DNA of 64,000 bases from Acidiferrobacterales bacterium (GCA_964195425.1 CAXMOM010000013.1:70069-134068), one strand, 5' to 3'; numbered from the stretch's first letter, positions 19,755 to 34,054 are shown. Numbers and translations: made by a program. Notes: generated by a model from the letters alone, not told the origin.

Positions 19755-20702
19755 CTAATATTCGAACATGGCCGAAATAGACTCTTCGTTACTAATGCGA
19801 CGGATCGTTTCAGCAAGCATTTCAGATAAGGTAAGTTGTTTCACTTTCTTTATTTTTCTCATCTCAGCAGACAATGGAATACTGTCAGTAACAATAATTT
19901 CATCTATTACCGAATCTTCTATATTCTTGGCTGCATTACCTGAAAACACGGCGTGTGTTGCATAAGCATATACGCGTTTTGCGCCATGGGCTTTGAGTGC
20001 TTCAGCGGCTTTTGCTAGGGTACCACCAGTATCAATCATGTCATCAACAATTATGCAGTCACGATTTCGAACGTCGCCAATAATATTCATTACTTGCGCA
20101 ACATTCGCTTTTGGTCGACGTTTGTCAATAATGGCTAGGTCGGTATCATTGAGTAGTTTTGCGGTTGCTCTTGCTCTAACAACACCACCAATGTCAGGCG
20201 ATACAACTACGGGTGAATCAAAATCCCGTTGGAACATATCGTCAAGTAAAATGGGCGTGCCAAAAGCGTTGTCTACAGGTACATCAAAGAAACCTTGGAT
20301 TTGCTCGGCGTGCAGGTCGACGGTAAGTACTCTATCAACGCCAACATTTGATAAGAAGTCAGCGACGACTTTGGCCGTAATCGGAACACGGGCAGAGCGC
20401 ACACGGCGGTCTTGTCGGGCATAACCAAAGTACGGGATTACCGCTGTAATGCGGCCTGCTGATGCTCGCCTGAAAGCGTCAATCATAACGATTAGTTCCA
20501 TTAGATTGTCGTTGGTAGGCGCGCAGGTTGATTGAATAATAAATACGTCAGAACCACGTACATTTTCGTGAATTTCAACGCTAATCTCACCGTCACTAAA
20601 GCGACCACAAGTAAGATTACCTAATTTAGTATACAAACGTTCGGCGACTTTCTGGGCAAGTTCAGGAACGGCGTTTCCTGTAAAAAGCTTCATATCAGGC
20701 AC
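19755..20702 (-). CDS. prs: Ribose-phosphate pyrophosphokinase
   Basis: [39 protein letters not shown]. Confidence 0.98.
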   Translation of the reverse strand: MPDMKLFTGNAVPELAQKVAERLYTKLGNLTCGRFSDGEISVEIHENVRGSDVFIIQSTCAPTNDNLMELIVMIDAFRRASAGRITAVIPYFGYARQDRRVRSARVPITAKVVADFLSNVGVDRVLTVDLHAEQIQGFFDVPVDNAFGTPILLDDMFQRDFDSPVVVSPDIGGVVRARATAKLLNDTDLAIIDKRRPKANVAQVMNIIGDVRNRDCIIVDDMIDTGGTLAKAAEALKAHGAKRVYAYATHAVFSGNAAKNIEDSVIDEIIVTDSIPLSAEMRKIKKVKQLTLSEMLAETIRRISNEESISAMFEY

Positions 20703-20732
20703 AAGTGATTCCTCGGTACATGTTAACTATAT

Positions 20733-20807
20733 TGGCTGGGGTAGCAGGACTTGAACCTACGAATGGCGGGATCAAAACCCGCTGCCTTACCACTTGGCTA
20801 TACCCCA
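20733..20807 (-). tRNA. tRNA-Gln (UUG), variant copy between ispE and prs
   Basis: 75 nt; anticodon arm GCGGG-TTTTGAT-CCCGC; CCA. Confidence 0.96.
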
Positions 20808-20840
20808 ATAATTCGGTACAAGGGCGACATTGATTGCAAC

Positions 20841-21716
20841 TTAACTAAATTCAGCTAGTTTGGCATGCAATGGCGACACGTCAACGCCTTTAGCTATAAA
20901 GGCTGTGACTCCATCAGGTAACTGTTGTAATACGTCTGTTGCACTTTCAAGAGTAGCAAATTTCGCAAAAACACTCGCACCTGTTCCTGTCATTCTTGAC
21001 GGGGCGTAGTGTAGCAATCTGTTGAGTAAACTTGCAACCTCAGGTTGCAGATTACACACTAATTTTTCACAATCATTTTTCGTTAGAGCGAACTTATAGT
21101 CATTAATATCAAGTTTACACGAGTTTCTCGGTAAATCAGGATGCGTGAAAATGGCGTGTGTAGAAATATGCTGAGGTGGTGTAGCGACCAAATAATAGGC
21201 TGGTGAAATTTGAGTATTGGTAAGTTTATCGCCAATGCCCTCAGCAAATGCAGAATAACCATTTACAAAAACCGGTACGTCAGCCCCCAAAGATTTCCCC
21301 AATGCAAGTAGCGCTGTTTGGCCCAATTGGCAATGCCACATGCTATTTAATGCGACAAGTACGGTGGCTGCGTTTGAAGAACCACCCCCTAGGCCACCAC
21401 CCATAGGAATACGTTTTCGAAGATATATATTTGCCCCGATAGACGAGTTTGGACGATATTCTAGCAGTAGCCGTGCTGCTTTATAAATTAGGTTATCTTC
21501 CGTATTAACGCCTTCAATGCTGTCGGCAAGTGTAATTTTTGATGAGTCGTTTATTTCTATTCCAATTTGATCGCCATGATCGAGTAATTGAAAGAGTGTT
21601 TGCAATTCATGATATCCGTTCTCATAGCGGCCACAAATATGTAAAAATAAATTTATTTTTGCTGGACTAGGCCACCATTCAACATTTGCTTGGCTCACCA
21701 GTTTTAATGACTCCAT
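20841..21716 (-). CDS. ispE: 4-diphosphocytidyl-2-C-methyl-D-erythritol kinase
   Basis: PSPAKINLFLHI, KRIPMGGGLGGGSSNAA, LGADVPVF, MTGTGASVF. Confidence 0.97.
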   Translation of the reverse strand: MESLKLVSQANVEWWPSPAKINLFLHICGRYENGYHELQTLFQLLDHGDQIGIEINDSSKITLADSIEGVNTEDNLIYKAARLLLEYRPNSSIGANIYLRKRIPMGGGLGGGSSNAATVLVALNSMWHCQLGQTALLALGKSLGADVPVFVNGYSAFAEGIGDKLTNTQISPAYYLVATPPQHISTHAIFTHPDLPRNSCKLDINDYKFALTKNDCEKLVCNLQPEVASLLNRLLHYAPSRMTGTGASVFAKFATLESATDVLQQLPDGVTAFIAKGVDVSPLHAKLAEFS

Positions 21717-22453
21717 TCACTTATTCTCATTTTTATCGTGGATTGATTAGCAGAGTTAAACATACTGATTTGCTTAGGCAATTGGTATTGAATGTTGTTA
21801 ATTGTAACGTTTTTGTAGCTAGTGTAGTCAATAGTCCATTGATCGCAGTTATTATTTTCCACGCCGTTTTTTATGTCATCGTTTGCGCAAATAGGTTTTA
21901 TTTGTTTTATGAGTCCATTTTCATAGCGAGTTATTTGCGGCTTAGTAGATGCACTGCTGCTCTGATCCGCAGCAATGTTACTACCCGCGCGTCCATCCAC
22001 TGAGGCTGCGCCTTTTACCCAACTACTTAGAGGCTCTAAGGGAACTTGCCAGCCTGTTGTTTGATAAATCAGCATAGATGGCGATGGGCCTTGATATTCT
22101 TTGCCATCGGCAAATAATGTGGCAACTTGTCCATCAAACGACAGTGAGGCCAAGTTAATTCCTAGTACATTAGATAAACCAAACTGCATATTGGCGTTGT
22201 TTTGCTGCCAATTCATATATGCGCTTTTACGTTGGGTAGCGCTTATCCATGCAATTTTACCTTTTAACTTCCACTGGGTAAGTTGCGTTAAGTTATTATT
22301 TAACTTAATTACGGCCTGACTTTCAAGGGGCGGCTTAACGGTGCAAGCCATTAACCAACAAGTCATAAAAACGGTGGCAATTAACTTTATATGGCTATGG
22401 TTTAAGGGCTCATGTTTTAAACGCATTGGTGTATACATGTTCTGAAATTTCAT
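21704..22453 (-). CDS. lolB: Outer-membrane lipoprotein insertion protein LolB (exact start uncertain)
   Basis: Lipobox LMAC, WKLKGKIA, TGWQVPLEPLSSWVKG, LP..I...KMRISEW; lies between hemA and ispE. Confidence 0.88.
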   Translation of the reverse strand: MKFQNMYTPMRLKHEPLNHSHIKLIATVFMTCWLMACTVKPPLESQAVIKLNNNLTQLTQWKLKGKIAWISATQRKSAYMNWQQNNANMQFGLSNVLGINLASLSFDGQVATLFADGKEYQGPSPSMLIYQTTGWQVPLEPLSSWVKGAASVDGRAGSNIAADQSSSASTKPQITRYENGLIKQIKPICANDDIKNGVENNNCDQWTIDYTSYKNVTINNIQYQLPKQISMFNSANQSTIKMRISEWSH

Positions 22454-22543
22454 GTTAATTCGTCTTTGGGCTCGTAAGTTAACTCTTTTTATATGTAAAC
22501 ATACAAGAATAAGCGATTTTTTTCTAACCTTAATGTGTATTTC

Positions 22544-22572
22544 TTTAAATGTCGGTCACTTTTGACTACAAT
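22544..22572 (+). promoter_or_regulatory. Putative hemA-prfA-prmC promoter
   Basis: TTTAAA-N17-TACAAT followed by GCGC. Confidence 0.45.
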
Positions 22573-22610
22573 GCGCTGTTAATAAATAACCCTACTAGAA
22601 ACGACAATAC

Positions 22611-23873
22611 ATGAGTTTTATTGCCATTGGCATAAATCACCAAACTGCTCCCGTTGCTATACGCGAAAAAGTGGCTTTTACGCCCACTACGCTTGTGGGT
22701 GCTCTAAAAGATTATGCCGGGCGAAAAACACAGGCTGAGATAGTTATTTTATCTACTTGCAATAGAACGGAAGTATTTGCCAACAGTGAGCAAGTCAGTG
22801 CGCAAGAGTTATCCGCTTGGCTTGCTGATATACATCAAATAAATATTGCATCGCTAGGTCAATATCTATACAGCTATGAAAATACAGACGCGATGAATCA
22901 CTTGATGCAAGTAGCTTGTGGTTTAGATTCTTTGATTTTAGGTGAGCCGCAAATACTTGGGCAGGTGAAACAAGCGTTTTCGGAGGCAAAGCATGTCGGT
23001 ACTGTTACTGGTCATTTCGAGAAAATTTTTCAAAATACATTTGCGGTCGCCAAAAAAGTGCGTACGCAAACCGATATCGGCGCTAATGCTGTTTCGGTAG
23101 CATATGCCGCAGTGCAGCTTGCCAAGCAGATATTTTCAAATTTATCTAAAAGCCATGTCATGCTAATTGGTGCAGGTGAAACTATAGAGTTAGTGGCAAA
23201 GCATTTAGCCCAATATGATTTGAAAAAAGTTACTGTTGCAAACCGAACTCTTGCCAACGCTCAAGCGCTGGCCGACACTATACCGACTGCGTCTGAAGCC
23301 ATCACTATTAGTGAAATTCCAGAACTATTATCAAAAGCCGATATCGTGATTAGCTCTACAGCTAGTGCCTTGCCTATTTTAGGCCAAGGTACGGTAGCCA
23401 GTGCATTGAAAGAGCGCAAATATAAACCCATGCTAATGATTGATTTAGCGGTGCCGCGGGATATTGAAGAGCAGGTTTCTGATATAGATGATGTATACTT
23501 ATATACCGTAGACGACCTGCAGCATATTGTGCAGCAAAATGTGGCAAATCGTGAACAAGCCGCAAGTGAAGCAAATGAGATTATACAGCAGTACGCGTCA
23601 GCGTTGGCCCTATCGTTAAAACAGCATAAGAAAATTGACTTGATAAAGACCTACAGAGATGATGCTGAAATAACGCGTCAACAGCTTGAAGAAAAAGCCC
23701 TCGCAAGACTTGCGCAAGGTGAGGCGCCAGAAAAAGTGTTGCAAGAATTAAGCTATAAATTGTCTCAGGCCATGATGCATAGTCCTACAAAGGCTATGCA
23801 AAAAGCTATTGTCGATCCAAAAGCAAATGCTCTAGATGTACTTCAAGACATATTTGGCCAAAGTAATAAATAG
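22611..23873 (+). CDS. hemA: Glutamyl-tRNA reductase
   Basis: STCNRTE, GLDSLILGEPQILGQVK, GAGET, DLAVPRD. Confidence 0.98.
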   Translation: MSFIAIGINHQTAPVAIREKVAFTPTTLVGALKDYAGRKTQAEIVILSTCNRTEVFANSEQVSAQELSAWLADIHQINIASLGQYLYSYENTDAMNHLMQVACGLDSLILGEPQILGQVKQAFSEAKHVGTVTGHFEKIFQNTFAVAKKVRTQTDIGANAVSVAYAAVQLAKQIFSNLSKSHVMLIGAGETIELVAKHLAQYDLKKVTVANRTLANAQALADTIPTASEAITISEIPELLSKADIVISSTASALPILGQGTVASALKERKYKPMLMIDLAVPRDIEEQVSDIDDVYLYTVDDLQHIVQQNVANREQAASEANEIIQQYASALALSLKQHKKIDLIKTYRDDAEITRQQLEEKALARLAQGEAPEKVLQELSYKLSQAMMHSPTKAMQKAIVDPKANALDVLQDIFGQSNK

Positions 23874-23989
23874 AATTAACAAATAGAACATGAATACTAG
23901 GTGAACACAAAATTGTGCTTGGCAATTTTGTCACCACATTCACATTGAGGTGTCCTTCAATAAAAAGGACAGCCACATTAAGGAAATAC

Positions 23990-25075
23990 ATGAAAGACTC
24001 GGTTGAACAAAAACTTGAATCGTTAGTTGAACGCTTCGAAGAAGTGCTGGCGCTGTTAGGCGAACCTAGCATCATCAATGATCAAGATAAATTTAGAGCA
24101 CTATCAAAAGAATATTCAAAGCTAGAAGAAGTGGTTACGCAATTTAGGGCTTTTAAGGGTGCGCAAGAGGATATTGCTTCTGCACTAGAAATGATTCAAG
24201 AAGAAGATTCTGAAATGCGCGAAATGGCGCAAGAAGAGCTCAAAGAAGCTAAGAAAAACAGCGAACAATTAGAAACAGATTTACAAATACTTTTGCTACC
24301 GACAGATCCTGATGATGACAATGACTGCTTTTTAGAAATAAGAGCAGGCGCGGGCGGGGATGAAGCTGCTATTTTTGCGGGTGATATGTTTAGAATGTAC
24401 TCTCGCTACGTTGAAACACAAGGCTGGCGCTTAGAAGTGATGAGCTCTAATGAAGGAGACCATGGTGGTTACAAAGAGGTAATAGCCCAGATTACCGGCA
24501 ATGGCCCTTATGGAATTTTGAAGTTTGAATCGGGCGGACATCGTGTGCAGCGTGTGCCTGAAACTGAATCTCAGGGACGCATTCATACATCGGCTTGCAC
24601 GGTAGCTGTGTTGCCAGTAGTGCCTGAATCGGAAGCAATTGAAATTAATCCTTCTGATTTGCGCGTTGATACTTATCGAGCGTCTGGTGCAGGTGGACAA
24701 CACGTTAACAAAACCGATTCGGCGATTCGTTTAACACATATACCTACGGGTGTGGTGGTTGAGTGTCAGGATGAGCGTTCGCAACATAAAAACCGCGCAA
24801 GAGCGATGTCGGTACTGCAAGCAAGGCTTAACAATATAGAAAAAGAAAAGCGTGATGCCGAAGAAGCCAGCACGCGTAAAACCTTAGTGGGCAGTGGTGA
24901 CCGTTCTGAGAGGATTCGTACCTATAACTTCCCGCAGGGGCGAGTATCTGATCACCGAATCAACCTTACTTTGTATAAGCTTGATGATGTCATCGCTGGT
25001 GACTTAGGAGCATTGCTTGGCCCTATTCGCCAAGAGCATCAGGCTGATTTACTTGCTGCGCTTGCTAACGACTAG
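23990..25075 (+). CDS. prfA: Peptide chain release factor 1
   Basis: PETES-type PxT loop, [19 protein letters not shown]. Start set to the ATG at 23990 after an AAGGA SD. Confidence 0.98.
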   Translation: MKDSVEQKLESLVERFEEVLALLGEPSIINDQDKFRALSKEYSKLEEVVTQFRAFKGAQEDIASALEMIQEEDSEMREMAQEELKEAKKNSEQLETDLQILLLPTDPDDDNDCFLEIRAGAGGDEAAIFAGDMFRMYSRYVETQGWRLEVMSSNEGDHGGYKEVIAQITGNGPYGILKFESGGHRVQRVPETESQGRIHTSACTVAVLPVVPESEAIEINPSDLRVDTYRASGAGGQHVNKTDSAIRLTHIPTGVVVECQDERSQHKNRARAMSVLQARLNNIEKEKRDAEEASTRKTLVGSGDRSERIRTYNFPQGRVSDHRINLTLYKLDDVIAGDLGALLGPIRQEHQADLLAALAND

Positions 25076-25962
25076 TGGCCTCATTAATTAATGTTGGAAT
25101 AAATGCTGCGGCGAGTATACAAGTCATACTCGCTGACGCTGCTATGCAGATTAATGCGCAAACTGAGCTCACATATTCTCACCCAGCATTAGAATCACGC
25201 TTTTTATTGCAGTTTGTGATAGATAAAAACCACGCTTGGCTAATAACGCATGCTGATGAGTGTTTGTCGGCAGAGCAGTTTGTACACTTTTATAAGCTTT
25301 TAAATGAGAGGCTGACTGGAAAGCCAATTGCTTTCATTTTAGGCACGCAAGATTTTTGGAATTTAAGCCTTAAAGTAGCCGATTGCACGCTAATTCCTCG
25401 TCAAGATACAGAGTTACTCGTTGAAATCGCTTTATCTTTATCATTGAAGGATAGCGCCAATGTGCTTGATTTAGGTACTGGCACGGGAGCAATAGCATTA
25501 GCGCTTGCTAAGGAAAACCCAAACTGGACGTTAACGGGACTTGACCGAGTGCAAGGGGCTGTCGAACTTGCTACTGAAAATGCTGCTTTGAATCATCTTA
25601 AGGTCAAATTTTTACAAAGTGATTGGTTCAGTCAATTATCAAGAAAGCACTTGAGTAGCTACGATTTAATTGTTACCAACCCGCCCTATGTCGAAGCCGA
25701 TAGTGACTATCTTATGCAAGGTGATTTACGTTTTGAACCCATCTCTGCGCTTGTTGCCGGAGATGATGGCTTGGCCGATATTCGAACGATAATTGAGCAG
25801 TCTACACAATATTTGCGCATAAACGGCTATTTGCTAATTGAGCATGGCCATACTCAAAGTGAGGCTGTTCAAGCATTGCTTTGCGCAGCAGGGTTTAATC
25901 AGATAAAGTCCTGCGAAGATTACAATAAGATGCCAAGAGTTACTTTAGCTTGTTGGTCTTAA
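25075..25962 (+). CDS. prmC: Release-factor glutamine methyltransferase
   Basis: LIPRQDTE, LDLGTGTGAIA, NPPY. GTG overlaps the prfA stop. Confidence 0.95.
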   Translation: MASLINVGINAAASIQVILADAAMQINAQTELTYSHPALESRFLLQFVIDKNHAWLITHADECLSAEQFVHFYKLLNERLTGKPIAFILGTQDFWNLSLKVADCTLIPRQDTELLVEIALSLSLKDSANVLDLGTGTGAIALALAKENPNWTLTGLDRVQGAVELATENAALNHLKVKFLQSDWFSQLSRKHLSSYDLIVTNPPYVEADSDYLMQGDLRFEPISALVAGDDGLADIRTIIEQSTQYLRINGYLLIEHGHTQSEAVQALLCAAGFNQIKSCEDYNKMPRVTLACWS

Positions 25963-26066
25963 ATAATCTAAATCAGTGACTTCGGGGTAATAAATAACAA
26001 CTAGGAAATAATCTTCTAAGACTAAAAAAAACGCTAAAACTAAAATAAAACAAAGGAAAAATTATC

Positions 26067-26510
26067 ATGTACGAAATAGTAAAAAACGCTCACATTACAA
26101 TAATTCTCTTAACCGTGGTTGTCTTTTTGATCAGCTTTGTGCTCACCATTAAAATCTCCGATAAGGTCAACAACAAGTTGTTAAAGATTGGCCCACATAT
26201 CTTGTATACCTTATTTATTATTACCTTTCTCTATATGGTCGGTCACAGAGTGAGTAATGAGTTACCGCTGTCTTATAGTTGGGCGTTTTCTAAGCTTGGG
26301 GGTTTTGTGTTTTATGTATTGTCTATTACGCTCGCGCTTAAATGGGCGAAAAAGAATATATGGCGATTTGTTGGCCTCATAAGCGCGATTTTTTGGTTGG
26401 TAATGAGCGTTAGGCTGGGTTATTCCAAGGCGCTTATGGTAAAAATTGCGAGTAATAACACAAATTCTTATATAGAAGTTGCACAGTCTTACGCATTAGC
26501 AATTTGCTAA
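26067..26510 (+). CDS. ychQ: SirB2/YchQ-family membrane protein
   Basis: Four TM helices, VKNAH, KIGPHILYT; conserved position between prmC and kdsA. Confidence 0.75.
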   Translation: MYEIVKNAHITIILLTVVVFLISFVLTIKISDKVNNKLLKIGPHILYTLFIITFLYMVGHRVSNELPLSYSWAFSKLGGFVFYVLSITLALKWAKKNIWRFVGLISAIFWLVMSVRLGYSKALMVKIASNNTNSYIEVAQSYALAIC

Positions 26511-26539
26511 CTATCAATATAAACTTCAACATCGTATAA

Positions 26540-27412
<873 letters not shown>

Positions 27413-27462
27413 TAACAGATAGCGCCGCGCAAGTGGTGAACGGAATCCGTTTTAAGACATAT

Positions 27463-27501
27463 AAAAAAAGGCTAAGTGATTTACCACCTAGCCTTTTTTT
27501 T
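27463..27501. terminator. Bidirectional terminator between kdsA and IDH-A
   Basis: A7-GGCTA...TAGCC-T8 between convergent genes. Confidence 0.75.
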
Positions 27502-27537
27502 ATTGCGCTTTTTATAACGCTTTATATTGCGGTAAAG

Positions 27538-29814
<2,277 letters not shown>

Positions 29815-30410
29815 CTACTGCCAGCAACTAGGCTTCTTGATTAGGTTATTGCTTCCGTTTTGGATTATATACCGCAAGAATATTAACAGCTCATATTAGG
29901 CGGTAATTTTATATGAAAACCGAACATTTTTACAGCCCGTAATCCCAATAGAAAATACTTTTTGGAGAAAAAGGGAGTATTTTGCTGCTTATATTATCTG
30001 TTTTAGCCTTTAATCGTTCAATGAACACTAGCGCGGATGTTTTGAGTTGTTTAAGCGCTTATCAAAATACCTTTACTCACTCAAAAATATGAACAAAAAA
30101 TCTACTTATCAAAATTTATTCTATTTCACTACAAAGCATTTGAGTTCTCAAATGTTTCGCCACAAGATGTGAATTTTGATTAAGTAGCTACTTAAGCCTT
30201 ATATTCATTGCTATTGTTTGTTTGTGTCATGTTTGCTATGTTTTACATGACTGTAATGATATAGATTTGATGTCAGGTTTCGCCAATTTTGTCTAATATG
30301 CACTGCTCTAATATGTGCGTATAAGCGCTATCGCCAGCTGGATTAGTGTCGATTCTTAGTTCAGTCTCAGCCTTTATTCAGACATTTACTCAAGCAAGGA
30401 ATTAATTCAG

Positions 30411-32645
30411 ATGTCAGATAACAAACAAAAGATTATTTACACTTACACCGACGAAGCGCCATTGTTAGCCACAGCTTCGCTACTACCGATTATCCGAAGA
30501 TTTACTGCAGCGGCCGACATAGAAATAGAATTGAGCGATATTTCGGTCGCTGCACGTGTATTAGCCGAATTCCCTGAGTATTTAAGTGAAGAACAGCGAG
30601 TTCCTGACAACTTAGCCGAGCTTGGTCTACTTACACAAGAGCCGAATACCAATATAATCAAGTTGCCGAATATCAGTGCTTCTGTACAACAGCTTAAAGG
30701 CTGTATCAAAGAACTACAGGGCAAAGGTTATGCCATTCCTAATTTTCCTGATGATCCCAAAAGTGATGAAGAAAAAGACCTCAGGCAACGCTACGGTAAG
30801 AGCCTAGGAAGTTCTGTTAATCCCGTTTTGCGTGAAGGCAACTCTGATCGCCGTGCACCAAAAGCGGTTAAAAACTTTGCACGTAAGCATCCGCACTCTA
30901 TGAGTGAGTGGAAACAATGGTCACGTACGCATGTTTCGCATATGCACAAAGGTGACTTCTACGATGGTGAGCAATCTATTACGCTTGACCAAGCACGCAA
31001 CGTTCGTATGGAGCTATTGGCAGACGATGGCAGCATTACGGTGCTAAAAGCTGAGCTTTCCCTTCAGGATAGCGAAGTTATTGACTTAATGTTTATGAGC
31101 AAAAAGGCACTCTGTGATTTTTATGAGCGAGAAATGGAAGACTGTCGTGAGTCAGGTATTTTGTTCTCTTTGCACGTAAAAGCCACCATGATGAAAGTTT
31201 CTCACCCTATCGTGTTTGGTCACGCGGTTAAAATTTATTACAAAGAAGCGTTTGAAAAACACGGTGCTTATTTTGATGAATTAGGGATTAACGTAAATAA
31301 CGGCATGGCAAGTTTGTATGAAAAGATAGCTGAACTGCCTGCCAGTAAACGTGAAGAAATTGAGCGCGACTTGCATGCTTGTCAGGTTCATCGTCCGCGC
31401 CTTGCAATGGTCGACTCTTCAAAAGGCATTACTAACTTCCACTCACCAAGTGATGTGATTGTTGATGCGTCTATGCCGGCAATGATCCGTTCAGGAGGTA
31501 AAATGTGGGGCGCTGATGGCAAAAATTATGACTGTAAAGCCGTAATGCCTGAGTCTACATTTGCTCGCATATACCAAGAAATGATTAACTTCTGTAAATG
31601 GCATGGTAATTTTGACCCAACCACCATGGGAACAGTGCCCAACGTAGGCTTAATGGCACAAAAAGCAGAAGAGTATGGCTCTCATGACAAAACCTTTGAA
31701 TCTGCTGATGCAGGTATCGCGCGTATTGTTGATGTCGACAGTGGTGAAGTGCTGCTAGAACAACGAGTGGAAAAAGGTGATATTTGGCGTATGTGTCAAA
31801 CCAAAGACTTGCCTATTCAAGATTGGGTTAAACTTGCTGTGCGCCGCGCACGTGATTCAGATACGCCAGTCGTATTTTGGTTAGACCCATACAGACCACA
31901 TGAGAATGAGCTAATTAAAAAGGTCAGAACGTATCTGAAAGATCATGATACCCATGGTCTTGATATTCAAATTATGTCGCAGGTACGTGCAATGCGATAC
32001 ACACTAGAGCGTGTGGCACGAGGCCTTGACACTATTTCTGCAACCGGCAACATTCTAAGAGACTACTTAACCGATTTGTTTCCGATTTTGGAATTAGGTA
32101 CTAGCGCGAAAATGTTGTCTGTAGTGCCGCTTATGAAGGGTGGTGGCTTGTTTGAAACGGGCGCCGGTGGCTCTGCACCTAAGCATGTTCAGCAGTTGCT
32201 TGAAGAAAACCATTTACGTTGGGATTCGCTGGGTGAATTTTTGGCCTTAGCCGTTTCTATCGATGAATTGGGTCAGAAACATAAAAACAAAAAAGCTAAA
32301 ATTTTAGCCGATACACTTGATGTTGCCACTGGACGCTTACTTGAAAACGACAAATCACCGTCGCGTAAGGTAGGAGAAATAGACAACCGAGGTAGTCATT
32401 TTTATCTAAGTTTATATTGGGCTGATGAGTTAGCTAAGCAAAAAGATGATGCTGAGTTGTCATCGCAGTTCACACTTTTGTTTACGCAATTGAGCGAAAA
32501 TGAACAGGCTATTATAAAAGAGTTGAATGAAGTGCAGGGCAAAGCCGTTGATATTGGAGGTTACTTTTTAGTAGACCCTCAAAGATGTGCCAAAATAATG
32601 CGACCTAGCGATACATTCAACAACATACTGGACGCAGCAAAGTAA
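30411..32645 (+). CDS. icd: Monomeric NADP-dependent isocitrate dehydrogenase, copy B (mycobacterial Icd2-like subtype)
   Basis: [65 protein letters not shown]; AAGGA SD. Confidence 0.96.
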   Translation: MSDNKQKIIYTYTDEAPLLATASLLPIIRRFTAAADIEIELSDISVAARVLAEFPEYLSEEQRVPDNLAELGLLTQEPNTNIIKLPNISASVQQLKGCIKELQGKGYAIPNFPDDPKSDEEKDLRQRYGKSLGSSVNPVLREGNSDRRAPKAVKNFARKHPHSMSEWKQWSRTHVSHMHKGDFYDGEQSITLDQARNVRMELLADDGSITVLKAELSLQDSEVIDLMFMSKKALCDFYEREMEDCRESGILFSLHVKATMMKVSHPIVFGHAVKIYYKEAFEKHGAYFDELGINVNNGMASLYEKIAELPASKREEIERDLHACQVHRPRLAMVDSSKGITNFHSPSDVIVDASMPAMIRSGGKMWGADGKNYDCKAVMPESTFARIYQEMINFCKWHGNFDPTTMGTVPNVGLMAQKAEEYGSHDKTFESADAGIARIVDVDSGEVLLEQRVEKGDIWRMCQTKDLPIQDWVKLAVRRARDSDTPVVFWLDPYRPHENELIKKVRTYLKDHDTHGLDIQIMSQVRAMRYTLERVARGLDTISATGNILRDYLTDLFPILELGTSAKMLSVVPLMKGGGLFETGAGGSAPKHVQQLLEENHLRWDSLGEFLALAVSIDELGQKHKNKKAKILADTLDVATGRLLENDKSPSRKVGEIDNRGSHFYLSLYWADELAKQKDDAELSSQFTLLFTQLSENEQAIIKELNEVQGKAVDIGGYFLVDPQRCAKIMRPSDTFNNILDAAK

Positions 32646-32758
32646 ACATTGTGCCTAAAATTTATTGGTATATTTCAAGATCCTTTGCCAAGCAATAGTA
32701 TCTTGGAATACCCGATAATATTGCCCAATCAAGTCAAGACGTGAGTTTTTTCACCGCG

Positions 32759-34054
32759 TTATCTTTTTGTATCAGCCGATTGTAAAGGGTAAACACTTTG
32801 CTCTCCCAAACCTTTTAAATTGTGTAAGCAGGGTGGCTCATAAGCAAAGTATTGTGCAGTGGCTTTGTATAGTGCTTCGTCTACGACAATTTGATTAGGC
32901 TGCGCTATCTTTTCTAAGCGGGCGGCTCTAATAACGGTTTCCCCCCAAATGTCGAAGTTTGGATTGTTTGGGTCAAATACGCCACACGTAATGGGACCAA
33001 AAGCTGCACCTATTCTTATGTCAACAGTTGAAGAGCTTAGCAACTGTCTGCACGCCTTAATCAATTGCAGCGCAATAGTCGAATTGGGCTCATGTTCACT
33101 CTGGAATCCCAATAGCAGTATATACTGATCTCCGTTTGTTTTGATTCGTTTAGCATCAAAGGCTTCTACTGCGTGATCATATGCGGTAAATAAGCCATAA
33201 ATTGATTGCCAATTCAGTGGCGTTGAGTCGTCGTGTCCCATACTTGTTAGTGTCGTGAAATCGACAATGTCCAAAAACACCACACCCATAGCAAAACAGT
33301 TTTGCATACTGCTTGCATCATCCCTAGGCAAATTTGCGTTATAGATTGATGACATCTTAGCTGAATCATTTGTCAGCAAACTAAGTAGGGGAGGCACTAA
33401 CTGTGCCGGAAATAGTTTTCTCAATAACCGAGATTGCGTCGCTTCATATTCTTTCAATTGCTGCCAGTTGTTACCAAGAATATTGCGAACAAATAAAGCG
33501 CAAACCACACAGGATAAGCCAAACACCCATGTGTTTATTTGGGCAATACCACTTAAGTAAGCTACTTCCTCTGTAGTATTATGGATTGTAGTACTAAGGG
33601 TTTCGATAGGCGTTTGCTGGTGCATAATAACAAATAAAGCAAGTTGAAGGATGATTGTAAAACCTAGGGCAATATGTTCATGGTGGTCAAAGATATAGCA
33701 GCTAATAAACATCGAAAGTAAAAAATAGTATTCCAAATTAACGTTATAATGCCAAAGCCAGCAAGCCACGAGTATATAACTATAGAAACTAATGAGCAGT
33801 AACAATTTTGCTGACTTTCCTGCTTTGCGTTTTAGCAAAAGTAACACGTGGACAAATAGTAATAGATGAACGCATGTATTCGCAATATGCAGCAATAAGG
33901 TATGTGGCGAAATAGGAGAATAAAACGGTGGCGCCCCGGTTAATTTAATCGACTGGAGTAAAATCACAACAATCATGGCTTGGCATATACGCAGTATTAT
34001 ATGTTCACGTTGCAAAAGAGAATAGTTAGTTTGCCACTTTGTTTGCAATAGCAT
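32759..34054 (-). CDS. Membrane-anchored class III adenylate/guanylate cyclase-domain protein
   Basis: About 6 TM helices, CTE-like SRLLRKLFP, VVFLDIVDFT, IKTNGDQY, IRIG...GP...G, FDIWGETV, LKGLGE. Confidence 0.85.
   Translation of the reverse strand: MLLQTKWQTNYSLLQREHIILRICQAMIVVILLQSIKLTGAPPFYSPISPHTLLLHIANTCVHLLLFVHVLLLLKRKAGKSAKLLLLISFYSYILVACWLWHYNVNLEYYFLLSMFISCYIFDHHEHIALGFTIILQLALFVIMHQQTPIETLSTTIHNTTEEVAYLSGIAQINTWVFGLSCVVCALFVRNILGNNWQQLKEYEATQSRLLRKLFPAQLVPPLLSLLTNDSAKMSSIYNANLPRDDASSMQNCFAMGVVFLDIVDFTTLTSMGHDDSTPLNWQSIYGLFTAYDHAVEAFDAKRIKTNGDQYILLLGFQSEHEPNSTIALQLIKACRQLLSSSTVDIRIGAAFGPITCGVFDPNNPNFDIWGETVIRAARLEKIAQPNQIVVDEALYKATAQYFAYEPPCLHNLKGLGEQSVYPLQSADTKR

Noticed and set aside
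19993-20424. 143-aa antisense ORF in prs, and similar 60-120-aa antisense or alternate-frame ORFs inside carB, lnt, miaB, mnmA, clpA, edd, gapA and malQ
   Set aside because: All are fully nested in well-conserved genes, with no independent evidence of coding.
30278-30320. CCAAT element upstream of IDH copy B, as described for the cold-inducible Colwellia icdII promoter
   Set aside because: CCAAT is present, but the adjacent -35/-10 candidates (TTGTCT, TAATAT) are only 14 nt apart. A 5-mer is expected by chance in AT-rich DNA.
32759-33300. Idea that the cyclase is a bicarbonate sensor working with the BicA-like transporter
   Set aside because: Bicarbonate-stimulated class III cyclases typically have Thr at the substrate-specifying position, and this one has Asp (FDIW). 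The two genes are also about 28 kb apart.
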